DNA of 64,000 nucleotides from Candidatus Atelocyanobacterium thalassae. GTDB taxonomy: Bacteria; Cyanobacteriota; Cyanobacteriia; Cyanobacteriales; Microcystaceae. Numbering within the stretch: position 1 is the stretch's first letter; the number at the start of each line of letters is the position of its first letter. The DNA lies in contig JBFPLN010000006.1 in the NCBI GenBank assembly GCA_051971635.1, forward strand, positions 1-64,000. Reading direction: 5' to 3'. Below, one piece after another: positions 1-11,216 of the stretch. The translations under genes were made by a program, and so were the position numbers. A model generated the notes under the pieces. It made no database searches and was not told the origin of the DNA. It saw nothing but the letters and a program-made list of their open reading frames with translations.

Positions 1-61
1 ATGGGGGCGGACTGTAAATCCGCTGGCTATGCCTACGCTGGTTCAAATCCAGCTCGGCCCA
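1..61 (+). tRNA. trnY: tRNA-Tyr(GTA), 5' end cut by window edge
   Basis: Anticodon arm GCGGA-CTGTAAA-TCCGC, long variable arm, T-arm GTTCAAATCC, acceptor 3' strand ending CGGCCCA. Confidence 0.93.
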
Positions 62-67
62 CCTTTC

Positions 68-139
68 GCCCGTGTGGCTCAGTGGTAGAGCACACCCTTG
101 GTAAGGGTGAGGTCACGAGTTCAATCCTCGTCACGGGCT
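68..139 (+). tRNA. trnT: tRNA-Thr(GGT)
   Basis: Acceptor stem GCCCGTG/CACGGGC, anticodon arm CACCC-TTGGTAA-GGGTG, T-loop GTTCAATC; tandem with tRNA-Tyr. Confidence 0.96.
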
Positions 140-340
140 CTAGCTATATAAAATTAATAACAAATACTCTGTAAGAAATATATAATAAAATTCCTCTATA
201 AACAATATTTGTACAAACGTTAAGCGACACAAAGTATTACTGTTTATTTTCTGAGCTATGTTTTAGCAACAAAATAGTGTAAGCTTAACTGAATATTTTT
301 TATGTTACAAAATATCTATATTAAGTAAACAAGGTTATCA

Positions 341-1384
341 ATGTCTTCTACTGCAAATAACAATGATAAAGAAAAAGCTTTAGACTTAGTTCTTAACCAA
401 ATTGAGAAAAATTTCGGGAAAGGGGCAATTATGCGCCTTGGAGATGCGACCAAGATGAAAGTAGAAACAGTTTCTACTGGTGCCTTAACGCTTGACCTGG
501 CTTTAGGAGGAGGGCTACCAAAAGGAAGGATTGTAGAAATCTATGGGCCTGAAAGTTCTGGTAAAACTACATTAACACTTCATGCTATTGCTGAAGTTCA
601 AAAAACTGGGGGAGTAGCTGCTTTCGTAGATGCGGAGCATGCTTTAGATCCAAAGTATGCTTCAGTATTAGGTGTTGATATTAATAATCTTTTAGTAGCT
701 CAACCTGATACAGGGGAATCAGCCTTAGAGATAGTAGATCAATTAGTTCGTTCATCGGCCGTTGATATTATAGTCGTAGATTCTGTTGCAGCGTTGGTTC
801 CTCGTGCCGAAATAGAAGGAGAAATGGGTGATACTCAGGTTGGTCTACAAGCAAGATTAATGAGTAAAGCATTACGAAAAATTGCAGGTAATATAGGTAG
901 ATCTGGATGTCTGGTTATTTTTCTCAACCAGCTAAGACAGAAAATAGGAATTACATATGGAAATCCTGAAGTAACCACAGGAGGAACCGCATTAAAATTT
1001 TATGCATCAGTACGTTTAGATATTCGTCGTATTCAAACCTTGAAAAAAGGAACTGAAGGTGAATATGGAATTAGAGCTAAAGTAAAAGTAGCTAAAAATA
1101 AAGTTGCTCCACCATTCCGGATAGCTGAATTTGACATTATTTTTGGGCAAGGAATCTCTAATGTAGGATGCATAATTGACTTGGCAGAGCAAGCTAATAT
1201 AATTAGTCGAAAAGGAGCTTGGTATAGTTATGACGGAAATAACATTTCTCAAGGAAGAGATAATACTATTAAGTATTTAGAAGAGAATTTCGACTTTAGG
1301 GAAACTATTGAACGTCAAGTTCGTGAAAAATTAGCTTTAGGATTCTTAGAGTTAGATGCTTGCTCAGAAGATACTAAGAAATAG
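341..1384 (+). CDS. recA: Recombinase RecA
   Basis: [10 protein letters not shown]-loop, [24 protein letters not shown] motifs. Confidence 0.99.
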   Translation: MSSTANNNDKEKALDLVLNQIEKNFGKGAIMRLGDATKMKVETVSTGALTLDLALGGGLPKGRIVEIYGPESSGKTTLTLHAIAEVQKTGGVAAFVDAEHALDPKYASVLGVDINNLLVAQPDTGESALEIVDQLVRSSAVDIIVVDSVAALVPRAEIEGEMGDTQVGLQARLMSKALRKIAGNIGRSGCLVIFLNQLRQKIGITYGNPEVTTGGTALKFYASVRLDIRRIQTLKKGTEGEYGIRAKVKVAKNKVAPPFRIAEFDIIFGQGISNVGCIIDLAEQANIISRKGAWYSYDGNNISQGRDNTIKYLEENFDFRETIERQVREKLALGFLELDACSEDTKK

Positions 1385-1567
1385 AGTTCATTTTTTTTTG
1401 TTAATAAAGAGTATTTATTTATCATGAAATAACTTTGTCGATAATTATTCAGATTTCTTTATAATTAAAAGAACTGTGTTAACATCTTGGATGGTTAATA
1501 CATCAATAAGTTACTTCCGAAGATAGACAATTAAAAATCTGTGGAGGAGTTTACAGGAGTACTAAAT

Positions 1568-2638
1568 ATGGTAAATATACAGCGACCTCTAGTCTTACAC
1601 AAAAACAATTTTGATCCTATTCGTATGGGTGTGATTGGAGTTGGTAATATGGGACAACATCATAGTCGAATTCTTAGCTTGTTAAAGGATGTAGAATTAG
1701 TTGGTGTTTCTGATGTTAGTGTAGAGCGAGGTATTGATATTGCTAGTAAGTATCGAGTACGTTTTTTTGAAAACTATTTAGACTTACTCCCTCATATTGA
1801 TGCAGTCTGTATTGCTGTACCTACGAGACTACACCATTCTGTTGGTATAGACTGCTTAAATGCCGGAGTTCATACGTTAATAGAAAAACCTATTGCTGCG
1901 AATATAACTGAAGCAGAATCTTTGGTTAACGCAGCAGCAGATTCTAAAGGTATTTTACAAGTAGGTCACATTGAACGATTTAATCCTGCCTTTCAAGAAT
2001 TAAGCAAAGTATTGAAAACTGAAGAAGTTCTAGCTTTGGAAGCACATAGAATGAGTCCTTATTCGCAAAGAGCTAATGATGTCTCTGTAGTTCTTGATCT
2101 AATGATTCATGATATTGACTTATTGTTAGAACTAGTTAGCTCAACTGTCGTAAAACTTACAGCAAGTGGTAGCCGAAGATCTAATTCAGATCACCTTAAT
2201 TATGTAACAGCTACTCTCGGTTTCGCTAATGGGATAGTGGCAACTTTGACCGCCAGTAAAGTTACTCATTGTAAAATACGTCGTCTTGCAGCCCATTGCG
2301 AAAACTGTCTAACTGAAGCTGATTTTCTTAACAACGATATTTTAATACATAGACAGACTACAGCTAATTACAGTACAGAATATGGGCAGGTATGGTATAG
2401 ACAAGATGGACTAATAGAAAAAGTACACACAACTAAAGTTGAACCACTTCATGCAGAACTAGAACATTTTGTACATTGTATACGTGGAGGAGATCAGCCA
2501 TCTGTAGGTGGAGTACAAGCATTGAAGGCCTTGCGTCTAGCCAGTTCTATAGAACAAATGGCATTAGATGGCAAAATTTGGCAACAGTCAGATATAAACT
2601 ATAAATATCTTAACCCTTTACCAACAAAAACTTTTTGA
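1568..2638 (+). CDS. Gfo/Idh/MocA family oxidoreductase
   Basis: GVGNMG Rossmann motif, IEKP, VGHIERFNPA, DLMIHDID; ATG 1568 follows AGGAG (ORF track starts at 1541). Confidence 0.9.
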   Translation: MVNIQRPLVLHKNNFDPIRMGVIGVGNMGQHHSRILSLLKDVELVGVSDVSVERGIDIASKYRVRFFENYLDLLPHIDAVCIAVPTRLHHSVGIDCLNAGVHTLIEKPIAANITEAESLVNAAADSKGILQVGHIERFNPAFQELSKVLKTEEVLALEAHRMSPYSQRANDVSVVLDLMIHDIDLLLELVSSTVVKLTASGSRRSNSDHLNYVTATLGFANGIVATLTASKVTHCKIRRLAAHCENCLTEADFLNNDILIHRQTTANYSTEYGQVWYRQDGLIEKVHTTKVEPLHAELEHFVHCIRGGDQPSVGGVQALKALRLASSIEQMALDGKIWQQSDINYKYLNPLPTKTF

Positions 2639-2732
2639 ATATATTAACAGAAGAGAGATTTTTTAGAATTATCTGGTTAATTAAGGAAATGATAAAAACA
2701 TCTTTTAGGCTTATTATAGTGATAATTAGTTA

Positions 2733-2804
<72 letters not shown>

Positions 2805-2893
2805 TTGTTAAGACCTATACATCATAACATAAGCATCTTATAAAAACAATAGTTATTTTTATAAAAATATTAATTTAACTTTTAAGAATTATT

Positions 2894-3418
2894 ATGCCCT
2901 CTGGCCGTACTCATGATCGCATCACTGCATTAAGCGTAGTTCCTATTACGATTTTATTTTATTTTATTTTTCGTCGTAAAGAACTTATGCTATGGCTTAG
3001 CTTAGCCTATATTTTTAGTGGATTGATGTTTGGACCAGATTTAGATATTTATTCACTACAGTACAAACGATGGGGAATAGGTAGCTGGATTTGGTTGCCA
3101 TATCAATACTCTATTAAACATCGTTCTTTTTTATCCCATGGCTTTTTAATAGGAACAATTGTTAGATTAATTTACTTATTTATTATTGTTATGATATCTG
3201 TCATTTTTATAAATATCGTAACCCAATTATTTCTCGGAACTACTTATGATTGGTGGAGTTCATTTATTAGAAGCTATGACAAATTAAGAAATCAATATTT
3301 AGAACAAATAATTACCATATTTCTCGGTTTAGAACTAGGTGCTATGAGTCATACAGTAAGTGATACTTTAGTTACAAATATTCAACGATTAAAGACTAGA
3401 AGATCAAAAGCTAAATAA
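2894..3418 (+). CDS. DUF2227-type putative metal-binding membrane protein
   Basis: MPSGRTHD N-terminus, GPDLD, HRSFLSHG, GAMSH motifs; hydrophobic segments. Confidence 0.82.
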   Translation: MPSGRTHDRITALSVVPITILFYFIFRRKELMLWLSLAYIFSGLMFGPDLDIYSLQYKRWGIGSWIWLPYQYSIKHRSFLSHGFLIGTIVRLIYLFIIVMISVIFINIVTQLFLGTTYDWWSSFIRSYDKLRNQYLEQIITIFLGLELGAMSHTVSDTLVTNIQRLKTRRSKAK

Positions 3419-3426
3419 AAAAATTA

Positions 3427-3455
3427 CCCGATAAAACTAAGTTAGTATCATCGGG
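3427..3455. terminator. Probable bidirectional hairpin terminator
   Basis: CCCGAT...ATCGGG imperfect inverted repeat between the convergent DUF2227 gene and ndhE. Confidence 0.5.
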
Positions 3456-3484
3456 AAAAATAAAGATAATAAGTATTTATCAAC

Positions 3485-3796
3485 TCACCATTTAAGTAAA
3501 TTAAACTGTTCCATATCGATAGTTTCACGATTTCGATAGATTGACAAAATAATTGCTAAACCAACTGCAGCTTCAGCTGCAGCAACAGTAAGTACAAATA
3601 TTGTAAAAATTTGCCCTTTAATTTCCTCTGAATCGAGAAAATTAGAAAATGCCATTAAGTTGATGTTAACAGCATTGAGCATCAGTTCTATAGACATTAA
3701 AACTCGAACTGCATTCCGGCTACTTACGAGCCCGAAAATTCCAATACAAAAAAGAAATGCTGCCAGTAATATATAAAATTCTAACTGTACTGCCAT
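3485..3796 (-). CDS. ndhE: NDH-1 subunit E (NuoK)
   Basis: [29 protein letters not shown]. Confidence 0.97.
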   Translation of the reverse strand: MAVQLEFYILLAAFLFCIGIFGLVSSRNAVRVLMSIELMLNAVNINLMAFSNFLDSEEIKGQIFTIFVLTVAAAEAAVGLAIILSIYRNRETIDMEQFNLLKW

Positions 3797-3829
3797 AAAA
3801 CCTCATAGTGGTGGATAAACTTTTACTTT

Positions 3830-4453
3830 TTATAAGTCTGAAGACTTGGATGAAGATAATTCCTGTAATTTTTCTTCTGTTAAGCGCTCAGGTAATTCTA
3901 AAGCGGTTGATATACCTTCACTATCATAAATTTCAGGAATTAAATCACGACGAGCCAAAACAATCGCTCCTACCATCGCTATTAAAAGCAAAATAGAGGC
4001 TAATTCAAAAGGTAAGAGAAAATCACTAAACAAGTGCTTTCCTATCTTTATGACTGTATTTTCTGAAACTTCTGGAGAAACAGCTTGTAAATCCCAAGGA
4101 GTCATGTAAATTACAGTTGAAAGTAAGGAAAAAATTCCTCCACATATTATGATAGTAGCTGCCTGACGTATCCATGATTTGGACGAATTAGAATAATCTA
4201 CTTTTTTATTCACCAGCATAATAGCAAACAAAATTAGAACATTAATTGCTCCTACGTAAATTAAAACTTGTGCCGCTGCTATAAAGTCAGCATTCAAAAG
4301 AATATATATTCCTGATATTCCTATGAAAACTCCCCCTAATAAGAATGCAGAATAAACAATGTTTGACAATAAAACAACGCCTAAAGCAGAGATAATTACT
4401 AACCCAGCTAAAATGGCGAAAGAGACGAGTTGAACTCCTTCTGCTAAATTCAC
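3830..4453 (-). CDS. ndhG: NDH-1 subunit G (NuoJ)
   Basis: (M)NLAEGVQ start at GTG 4453; AQVLIYVGAINVLILF, PFELASILLL. Confidence 0.95.
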   Translation of the reverse strand: MNLAEGVQLVSFAILAGLVIISALGVVLLSNIVYSAFLLGGVFIGISGIYILLNADFIAAAQVLIYVGAINVLILFAIMLVNKKVDYSNSSKSWIRQAATIIICGGIFSLLSTVIYMTPWDLQAVSPEVSENTVIKIGKHLFSDFLLPFELASILLLIAMVGAIVLARRDLIPEIYDSEGISTALELPERLTEEKLQELSSSKSSDL

Positions 4454-4544
4454 TATTATTGATGCTCCTTTTTCATTGATTAGTAAAAGTTTGATAGATG
4501 ATAAAAAATTTTTATTGAAACAAAATTTTTTATCGGCTACCATT

Positions 4545-5138
4545 TCATTGAGATAAGGTTTCTGTTTCTTGGATAATTTCTTCGGGCCGTTTACCTGCTC
4601 TACGAGAGCCTAAAGGTAAATCGTGAGGATCTAGTACTTCCTTCGGTAGATAGGCTAATTCTCTTAAAGGTGTAACCATCGGATCTTGTGTAACCTTGTA
4701 AGGCAATCTTCCAAGAGCAATGCTGTCATAATTTAGTTCATGACGATCATAGGTAGCTAGCTCATAATCTTCAGTCATAGACAAGCAGTTTGTAGGACAG
4801 TATTCTACACAGTTACCACAAAAGATACAAACTCCGAAGTCGATACTGTAGTCTTTGAGATCTTTTTTCTTGTTTTCTTTGTTGAATTGCCAATTAACTA
4901 CAGGAAGATTGATCGGACATGCTCGAACACATACTTCACATGCAATACATTTATCAAACTCATGATGAATTCTCCCTCTATATCGTTCGGAAGGAATTAA
5001 TTTCTCATAAGGGTACTGTACTGTAATAGGTCGACGGCTCATATGATCGAATGTTACGGATAAACCTTGACCAATATACTTTGCCGCCTGAATCGTACTT
5101 TTAGCGTAGTCACCTACTTGCTTAAGAACATTAAACAT
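4545..5138 (-). CDS. ndhI: NDH-1 subunit I (2x[4Fe-4S])
   Basis: [12 protein letters not shown] and [12 protein letters not shown] motifs; probable start ATG 5138. Confidence 0.97.
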   Translation of the reverse strand: MFNVLKQVGDYAKSTIQAAKYIGQGLSVTFDHMSRRPITVQYPYEKLIPSERYRGRIHHEFDKCIACEVCVRACPINLPVVNWQFNKENKKKDLKDYSIDFGVCIFCGNCVEYCPTNCLSMTEDYELATYDRHELNYDSIALGRLPYKVTQDPMVTPLRELAYLPKEVLDPHDLPLGSRRAGKRPEEIIQETETLSQ

Positions 5139-5170
5139 TTGTTTTTTTCCTACTTCTTTAACGATAAAAA

Positions 5171-6289
5171 TCAACCACCAAATGCTAACGGAAACACTAA
5201 TTTAAGGGCTGCAGTTACAAGTAAGTTAACCAAAGATATAGGTAAAAGAAATTTCCATCCTAAATCTAATAATTGGTCAATACGTACACGAGGAACAGTC
5301 CACCTCATTAAAATTGCAAAAAAGACTAAAAGATAAGCCTTAATCACAGTCATAAAAATTCCTGTAGCAGCAATAATTATTTGTAACCAATAACTACTAG
5401 TATTTAGCCCTAACCATTGAGCCATTTTTTCTAGAGGAACAGGAAAACCCCAACCTCCTAAATATAAAACTGCAAAAATAAGAGCAGATAAAACCAAGTT
5501 AACGTAGGATCCAAGATAAAAGAGAGCAAACTTCATTCCAGAATACTCAGTTTGGTAACCAGCTACGATTTCTTCTTCAGCCTCAGGTAAGTCAAAGGGA
5601 AGTCTCTCACACTCAGCTAGTGCAGCAATCCAAAAGATTACAAATCCAACAGGTTGTCGCCAAATATTCCATCCTAAAATACCGTATCCTGATTGCTGAT
5701 GTACGATATCTATTGTACTTAAACTATTAGACATCATGACAACGGCTAATACAGAGAGAGCTAGAGGAATTTCATAGCTAATTGATTGTGCTGCTGCTCT
5801 TAAGCCTCCTAGTAAAGAATATTTATTGTTGGAAGCATAACCCGACATTAATAAGCCAATTGGAACAACACTAGATAAAGTTATCCAGAGAAAAATACCA
5901 ACATTGAGATCAGTAACTATTAGATCTTCTCCAAAAGGAACAATCAGATAAGAAATAAAGACTGGAACAACTACTAGTATTGGACCAATAGTAAATAGCC
6001 AAGAATCAGCTTTAGCTGGAATAATATCCTCTTTAAAGACCAATTTAATACCATCAGCAACTGGTTGTAATACTCCTAAGGGCCCAGCATATTCTGGACC
6101 GATACGTTGTTGAACGGCAGCAGAAATTTTTCTTTCTAACCAAACTACAACTAAAACACCTACTGTTGCTGCAATAATCATCAAAAGAGATGGCAAAGGG
6201 ATCCACAAGGCTTTAGCTGCCCCACTAGGAATCCCAAATTGTTTCAGAGATTCAATAAAATTCGTTTTTAGGTCAATTCCTGTATTCAT
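5171..6289 (-). CDS. ndhA: NDH-1 subunit A (NuoH)
   Basis: [34 protein letters not shown]. Confidence 0.98.
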   Translation of the reverse strand: MNTGIDLKTNFIESLKQFGIPSGAAKALWIPLPSLLMIIAATVGVLVVVWLERKISAAVQQRIGPEYAGPLGVLQPVADGIKLVFKEDIIPAKADSWLFTIGPILVVVPVFISYLIVPFGEDLIVTDLNVGIFLWITLSSVVPIGLLMSGYASNNKYSLLGGLRAAAQSISYEIPLALSVLAVVMMSNSLSTIDIVHQQSGYGILGWNIWRQPVGFVIFWIAALAECERLPFDLPEAEEEIVAGYQTEYSGMKFALFYLGSYVNLVLSALIFAVLYLGGWGFPVPLEKMAQWLGLNTSSYWLQIIIAATGIFMTVIKAYLLVFFAILMRWTVPRVRIDQLLDLGWKFLLPISLVNLLVTAALKLVFPLAFGG

Positions 6290-6662
6290 TACATTCTAAC
6301 GCTATAAGTTAAGATTGCTAAGCCTCTTGCTTAGTATATCGTTGGATATGAGATAACCTTGCGAGCTTTATGGTTAATTTCTGAAAATTGAGCATAAATC
6401 TACAATATCTATTTAAGACTTAGTATGATTACTTAGGACCGTATGATTTTTTAAATTCTAGAGTACCAACGTTAATCAATCAAATCTTTTAAGAAAGGAA
6501 AATTACTTACCCTAACACTTGGCTACAAGGCTAGTCGTAAATTCGCTATCTTACTACAGAATATTAAACATTGAGACTGTTTGCAAAACTTTACGTTATG
6601 CATATAGTAATTTTATTCTAATATTCATAATTGAAAATTTGATGCTTTTTTAGAAATTTACC

Positions 6663-7589
6663 ATGAAGATTTTAATAACAGGTGCAACAGGATTTTTAGG
6701 AACCAGTTTATGCTCTTTACTCCAAAGTCAAGGGCATGACTTGGTTACCTTGAATTCCAAGAACTGTGATTTAACAAGATCAGACTCATTATTAAAATTC
6801 AACGATTTAGCCTATGATCAAGTTTATCATTTAGCAGCTTGGACACAAGCAGGAGACTTTTGTTTATATCATCCAGGTGAGCAATGGATAATGAATCAAA
6901 AAATTAATACAAACATTTTAGACTGGTGGCAAAAATATCAATCTCAAGCAAAATTTATTTGTATGGGAACAAGTTGTGCCTATGATAACGACTTATCTTT
7001 GGTAGAAGAAAATTACTTAACAGGAATACCTATTAGTAGTTTATTTACTTATGCTATGACTAAGAGAATGCTCTATGCAGGTCTTTTAGCTCTAAATAAG
7101 CAATATTCCTTGAATTATTTGTGTTTGGTTCCTTCAACTTTATATGGAACTGAATATCATACTGACGGTAGACAGATGCATTTTATCTTTGATCTTATCC
7201 GAAAGATAATTCGTGGAAAACTTTATAATGAACCTGTTATTCTTTGGGGGGATGGTACTCAGTCAAGAGAGCTGGTCTTTGTCGAAGATTTTGTCAAGAT
7301 TGCCGTCAAATTAGCTAAGTCTGCCAATAATGAATTAATAAATATTGGTGCTGGCGAAGAATACACTATTCGTCATTTTGCTAAATTGATTTGTGATCAA
7401 GTAGGATATGACTTTAATAAAATTCAGTTTGATTCTTCTCGATATGTGGGAGCAAAATCTAAATGCTTAGTAATTAACAAGCTTAAAAAATCTTTACCTG
7501 ATTACAACTTAACTCCTTTAGAATTAGGGTTAGCAAAAACAATTGAGTGGTTCTGGCAGGAACAAGAAAAACTTGTTCCGCTTTATTAA
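6663..7589 (+). CDS. GDP-L-fucose synthase-like NAD(P)-dependent epimerase/reductase
   Basis: GATGFLG, GTSCAY, YAMTK (YxxxK), WGDGTQSRE motifs. Confidence 0.82.
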   Translation: MKILITGATGFLGTSLCSLLQSQGHDLVTLNSKNCDLTRSDSLLKFNDLAYDQVYHLAAWTQAGDFCLYHPGEQWIMNQKINTNILDWWQKYQSQAKFICMGTSCAYDNDLSLVEENYLTGIPISSLFTYAMTKRMLYAGLLALNKQYSLNYLCLVPSTLYGTEYHTDGRQMHFIFDLIRKIIRGKLYNEPVILWGDGTQSRELVFVEDFVKIAVKLAKSANNELINIGAGEEYTIRHFAKLICDQVGYDFNKIQFDSSRYVGAKSKCLVINKLKKSLPDYNLTPLELGLAKTIEWFWQEQEKLVPLY

Positions 7590-7603
7590 GCGAGGAAGGA
7601 ACG

Positions 7604-8194
7604 GTGAACTATTGGATTCAACACAGACTGAATAACCTAGATAAAGCTTTTAACTCTAGGTATTGCAATGCTCTTGAAAATACTGTTGATTTAATTACAA
7701 AACAATTTCAAGCAGGTAATAAATTATTAATTTGTGGTAATGGTGGTTCAGCAGCAGATGCTCAACATATTGCTGCCGAATTTATAGGAAGGTTTCAACT
7801 TCATCGTAGAGGTTTACCTGCAATAGCATTAGGTACAAATCCAGCTGTATTAACGGCATGGGCCAACGATTACGAGTTTGAAACTATTTTTGCTCGCCAA
7901 GTGGAAGCCTTTGGAAAACCAGGAGATATCTTGTGGGGAATCTCAACGTCAGGTAAATCTCCTAATATCATCCGTGCAATGGAAATAGCCAAAGAAATAG
8001 GATTAGTTACTATTGGTATGGCTGGAAATGACGGAGGAATGTTAAAAGACTTGGCGGATTATCCTTTATTGGTCTCAGAATACCATACTCCATATATTCA
8101 AGAAATTCATTTAATCACTTATCATAGAATTTGTGAACAAGTGGAAGCTCAACTATTCGCAAAGACTGGCTTGGGAGCACAAATTGCTGTCTAA
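7604..8194 (+). CDS. gmhA: Sedoheptulose-7-phosphate isomerase
   Basis: CGNGGSAADAQHIAAE, NDY, STSGKSPN, IQEIH; GTG 7604 after GAGGAAGG. Confidence 0.93.
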   Translation: MNYWIQHRLNNLDKAFNSRYCNALENTVDLITKQFQAGNKLLICGNGGSAADAQHIAAEFIGRFQLHRRGLPAIALGTNPAVLTAWANDYEFETIFARQVEAFGKPGDILWGISTSGKSPNIIRAMEIAKEIGLVTIGMAGNDGGMLKDLADYPLLVSEYHTPYIQEIHLITYHRICEQVEAQLFAKTGLGAQIAV

Positions 8195-8201
8195 ATAAAA
8201 A

Positions 8202-8774
8202 ATGCTGAATACAATAGCAACTTCTGCTTCGTATAATTTAGAAACTAAAAAAGCTCTATTTTTAGACAGAGACGGAGTTGTTATTAAGTATATACCCTAT
8301 CTCTTTAAATTAGAACAAGTAGAGCTTCCTTTCGGTGCGGGGGAAGCTCTTAAGCAATGGCAAGACGCAGGATATTTATTAATTCTAATAACTAATCAAG
8401 CAGGTGTAGGAAGAGGCTACTACAGTCTAAAACATGTTACAAGTGTACATAATCATATTTGTAAGGAATATAAAAAGTATGGAGTAAAATTTTACGATAT
8501 TTTCATGTGCCCTCATCACCCTAACAATAAATGCTCATGTCGTAAACCTTCTCCTCAAATGTTAATTGATGCCTCAATTAAACATAATATTTCGTTATCC
8601 AGATCATTTTTTATTGGAGATTCACTTAGTGACGTTGAATCTGCATTAAATGCAAATTGTCGTCCTGTTTTATTATTAACTGGGAAAGGACAAAATTCTT
8701 TAAAAAAAATGATTAAATATTCTCATAAAATTGAAATTTTTGAGACCTTAAAAGAAACTGTGAAAATCATATAA
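8202..8774 (+). CDS. gmhB: D-glycero-D-manno-heptose-1,7-bisphosphate phosphatase (HAD-IIIA)
   Basis: FLDRDGV, TNQAGVGRG, CPHHP..CSCRKP, IGD motifs; adjacent to gmhA. Confidence 0.9.
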   Translation: MLNTIATSASYNLETKKALFLDRDGVVIKYIPYLFKLEQVELPFGAGEALKQWQDAGYLLILITNQAGVGRGYYSLKHVTSVHNHICKEYKKYGVKFYDIFMCPHHPNNKCSCRKPSPQMLIDASIKHNISLSRSFFIGDSLSDVESALNANCRPVLLLTGKGQNSLKKMIKYSHKIEIFETLKETVKII

Positions 8775-8793
8775 TTAGATACAATCATTAAAA

Positions 8794-9978
8794 ATGAATC
8801 GAAATGAAGAGAAACAACTAACACCAGTATTTGTATCGTTAGTTCCTAATTTGATGGGAGGTCAAGGACATATAATTCCCTACCATAAATCTGTAAGTGA
8901 GGCTGTTTCTCAATTAGGTTGGAAACACTATGTTGCCATACCTATAAATAATAGGGTTCATAATTTACCTATTAATTGGGATGCATGTTTAAATGATTAT
9001 GATTTAGAAAAAAAAGGTAATTGGTATGATAAGCTTTTTAGTCTTCGAGAAGTTTGGTTATTGGGAAAAAACATAGCTAACTATTTAAATAATAAAATTA
9101 CTAATAAATCAGAGCCTCATATTTTATTTTTAGAAAGATTCATCCATTTACAGCTTTTAGCTTTATTTTTGGCCTTATTATTAATTCCCACTAATAATCT
9201 ATCAATCTGGTTACTATATCGAAGAGATACTCACAGGGATAACACGAAAATTGTTTACAAAATCCTTAATTATCTTATAAAAATTAGAGTCAAATCAAGT
9301 AGATTTAAACTTCTTACAGACAGCGATTTATTAAGTCAAAGATTATCCAATTATTTTCATATATCTGTAAAAGTTTTTCCTATTCCCCATACTGATGTAA
9401 TTTCACCTTCGAATACTCTAGATAATAAGCCTGAAATTCTATGTTGGTGGCCAGGATTACCTAGGAGAGAGAAAGGCTGGGAAACTATGCAAAAATTAGT
9501 TAATTATTCTGGAGACAATACAAAGAATATTCATTTCATTTGCTCAGAAATGGCAAATTTCAAGCCTGTTGATAATGGAGTTAATCTTAAACCAATTAAG
9601 GACTATTTAACAAGAAAAGAGTATCATTATTGGTTTCATTTAAGCCAAGTAATCTTATTACCTTATAATCCTTTTGAATATGAGTCGAGAACATCAGGTA
9701 TTTTTACAGAGTGTATTACTTCTGGGAAAATACCTCTAGTTACTAAAAATACATGGATGTCTCATGAATGTACTAAGTACAATTTAAACGAATTAATTAT
9801 TGATTGGCATAACCCAGAATATGTTTTTGATTGTATAAAAAAAATAACTCAATCAAATATAATCCAAATTAAAATACAAAATATGCAAAAAAATTATAAA
9901 GATTTCCATAATGTTACTAATTATAGTTTGACAATAAAAAATTTATATCAGGAAACGATAACTTCAAATTATGGCTAA
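8794..9978 (+). CDS. Divergent GT-B glycosyltransferase-like protein
   Basis: GHIIPY N-terminal motif, RREKG, LLPY..YESRTSGIFTE donor-binding region; located in glycan cluster. Confidence 0.65.
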   Translation: MNRNEEKQLTPVFVSLVPNLMGGQGHIIPYHKSVSEAVSQLGWKHYVAIPINNRVHNLPINWDACLNDYDLEKKGNWYDKLFSLREVWLLGKNIANYLNNKITNKSEPHILFLERFIHLQLLALFLALLLIPTNNLSIWLLYRRDTHRDNTKIVYKILNYLIKIRVKSSRFKLLTDSDLLSQRLSNYFHISVKVFPIPHTDVISPSNTLDNKPEILCWWPGLPRREKGWETMQKLVNYSGDNTKNIHFICSEMANFKPVDNGVNLKPIKDYLTRKEYHYWFHLSQVILLPYNPFEYESRTSGIFTECITSGKIPLVTKNTWMSHECTKYNLNELIIDWHNPEYVFDCIKKITQSNIIQIKIQNMQKNYKDFHNVTNYSLTIKNLYQETITSNYG

Positions 9979-11146
9979 AGTTTATATTGATGCAACTCCT
10001 GTTCGTAATAAACCAACAGGTATTGGAGTTTATACACTTAATTTAATTAATGAGCTATGTGATTTAGGAAATAAACATGACTTAAACTTAAACATTTATT
10101 TTCATCCCTCTTTAAAAAATTGGTTGCGCTGTAATTTCTCTATTCCAAAATTATTAAGCCAATACTCAAAAATATTACCTTTAAAAATCCCAGTTAGTGT
10201 AGCTGATTTATTGGCAGAATATTTTCCTTTTATATTTTTCCTTATTAAGGATAATTTAGGTGATACAGATCTCATACACGGAACAGATCATTACATATAT
10301 CCTCATCAGCAAGCAAAAAAAATCATAACTATTCATGATCTTACTTTTCTAAAATTTCCAGAATACTCAACAAAAATAGTTAAAAGTTATACAAAAAGAA
10401 TTAAACGATGTTTAAATTGGACGGATGCAATAATAACTTTTTCAGAAAATACCAAACAAGATATTGTAGATTTTTTTAATGTTGATCCTGATGTAATATA
10501 CATTACTCCTCAGGCGAGTCGATACTCAAATGATTATTTAATACCTCAAACAGTAAGTAATTATATTATCCCTATAGAAAAGAATCTACATAGTCCATAT
10601 TTTCTTTTTGTTAGTACATTGGAACCAAGAAAAAACATTTTAAATCTAATTAAAGCGTTTGAATATTTAAAGATAAATTATGATATTCCTCATAAATTAA
10701 TATTAATTGGAAAAAAAGGATGGAGTTATCATTTTATTATTGATTACATAGATAAATCGATCTTTAAAACAGATATTCAGCATTTAGATTATGTATCAGA
10801 TGAGTCATTAGTTGTTTTTTATAGCCAGGCAGAAGCCTTTATTTATCCATCTTTTTATGAAGGATTTGGATTACCTATTTTAGAAGCAATGACTTTAGGA
10901 ACTCCTGTTATTACATCTAATACATCTTCTTTACCTGAAGTAGCTGGTAACGCTGCATTATATGTTGATCCTTGTGATTATTATCAACTAGCAGAAATGA
11001 TGATAAAAATATTAAAAGATCCCATCCTTAGAAAAGAAATGATTAACAGAGGTAAGCAACGAGCTAATAATTTCTCTTGGAAGAATACGGCCATGAAGAC
11101 TCTAGGTGTATATAAATCTGTTTTAAATGAAAGTAATAAATTATAA
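9971..11146 (+). CDS. GT4 glycosyltransferase (WbaZ/MtfB mannosyltransferase-like)
   Basis: TIHDL, STLEPRKN, PSFYEGFGLPILEAM, SSLPEV. Confidence 0.92.
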   Translation: MAKVYIDATPVRNKPTGIGVYTLNLINELCDLGNKHDLNLNIYFHPSLKNWLRCNFSIPKLLSQYSKILPLKIPVSVADLLAEYFPFIFFLIKDNLGDTDLIHGTDHYIYPHQQAKKIITIHDLTFLKFPEYSTKIVKSYTKRIKRCLNWTDAIITFSENTKQDIVDFFNVDPDVIYITPQASRYSNDYLIPQTVSNYIIPIEKNLHSPYFLFVSTLEPRKNILNLIKAFEYLKINYDIPHKLILIGKKGWSYHFIIDYIDKSIFKTDIQHLDYVSDESLVVFYSQAEAFIYPSFYEGFGLPILEAMTLGTPVITSNTSSLPEVAGNAALYVDPCDYYQLAEMMIKILKDPILRKEMINRGKQRANNFSWKNTAMKTLGVYKSVLNESNKL

Positions 11147-11216
11147 GTATTTACTTAGATATAATTAGAATTTTAATCAAAAATTTAAATCTTCTTGTTA
11201 ACTATTTACATAACAA

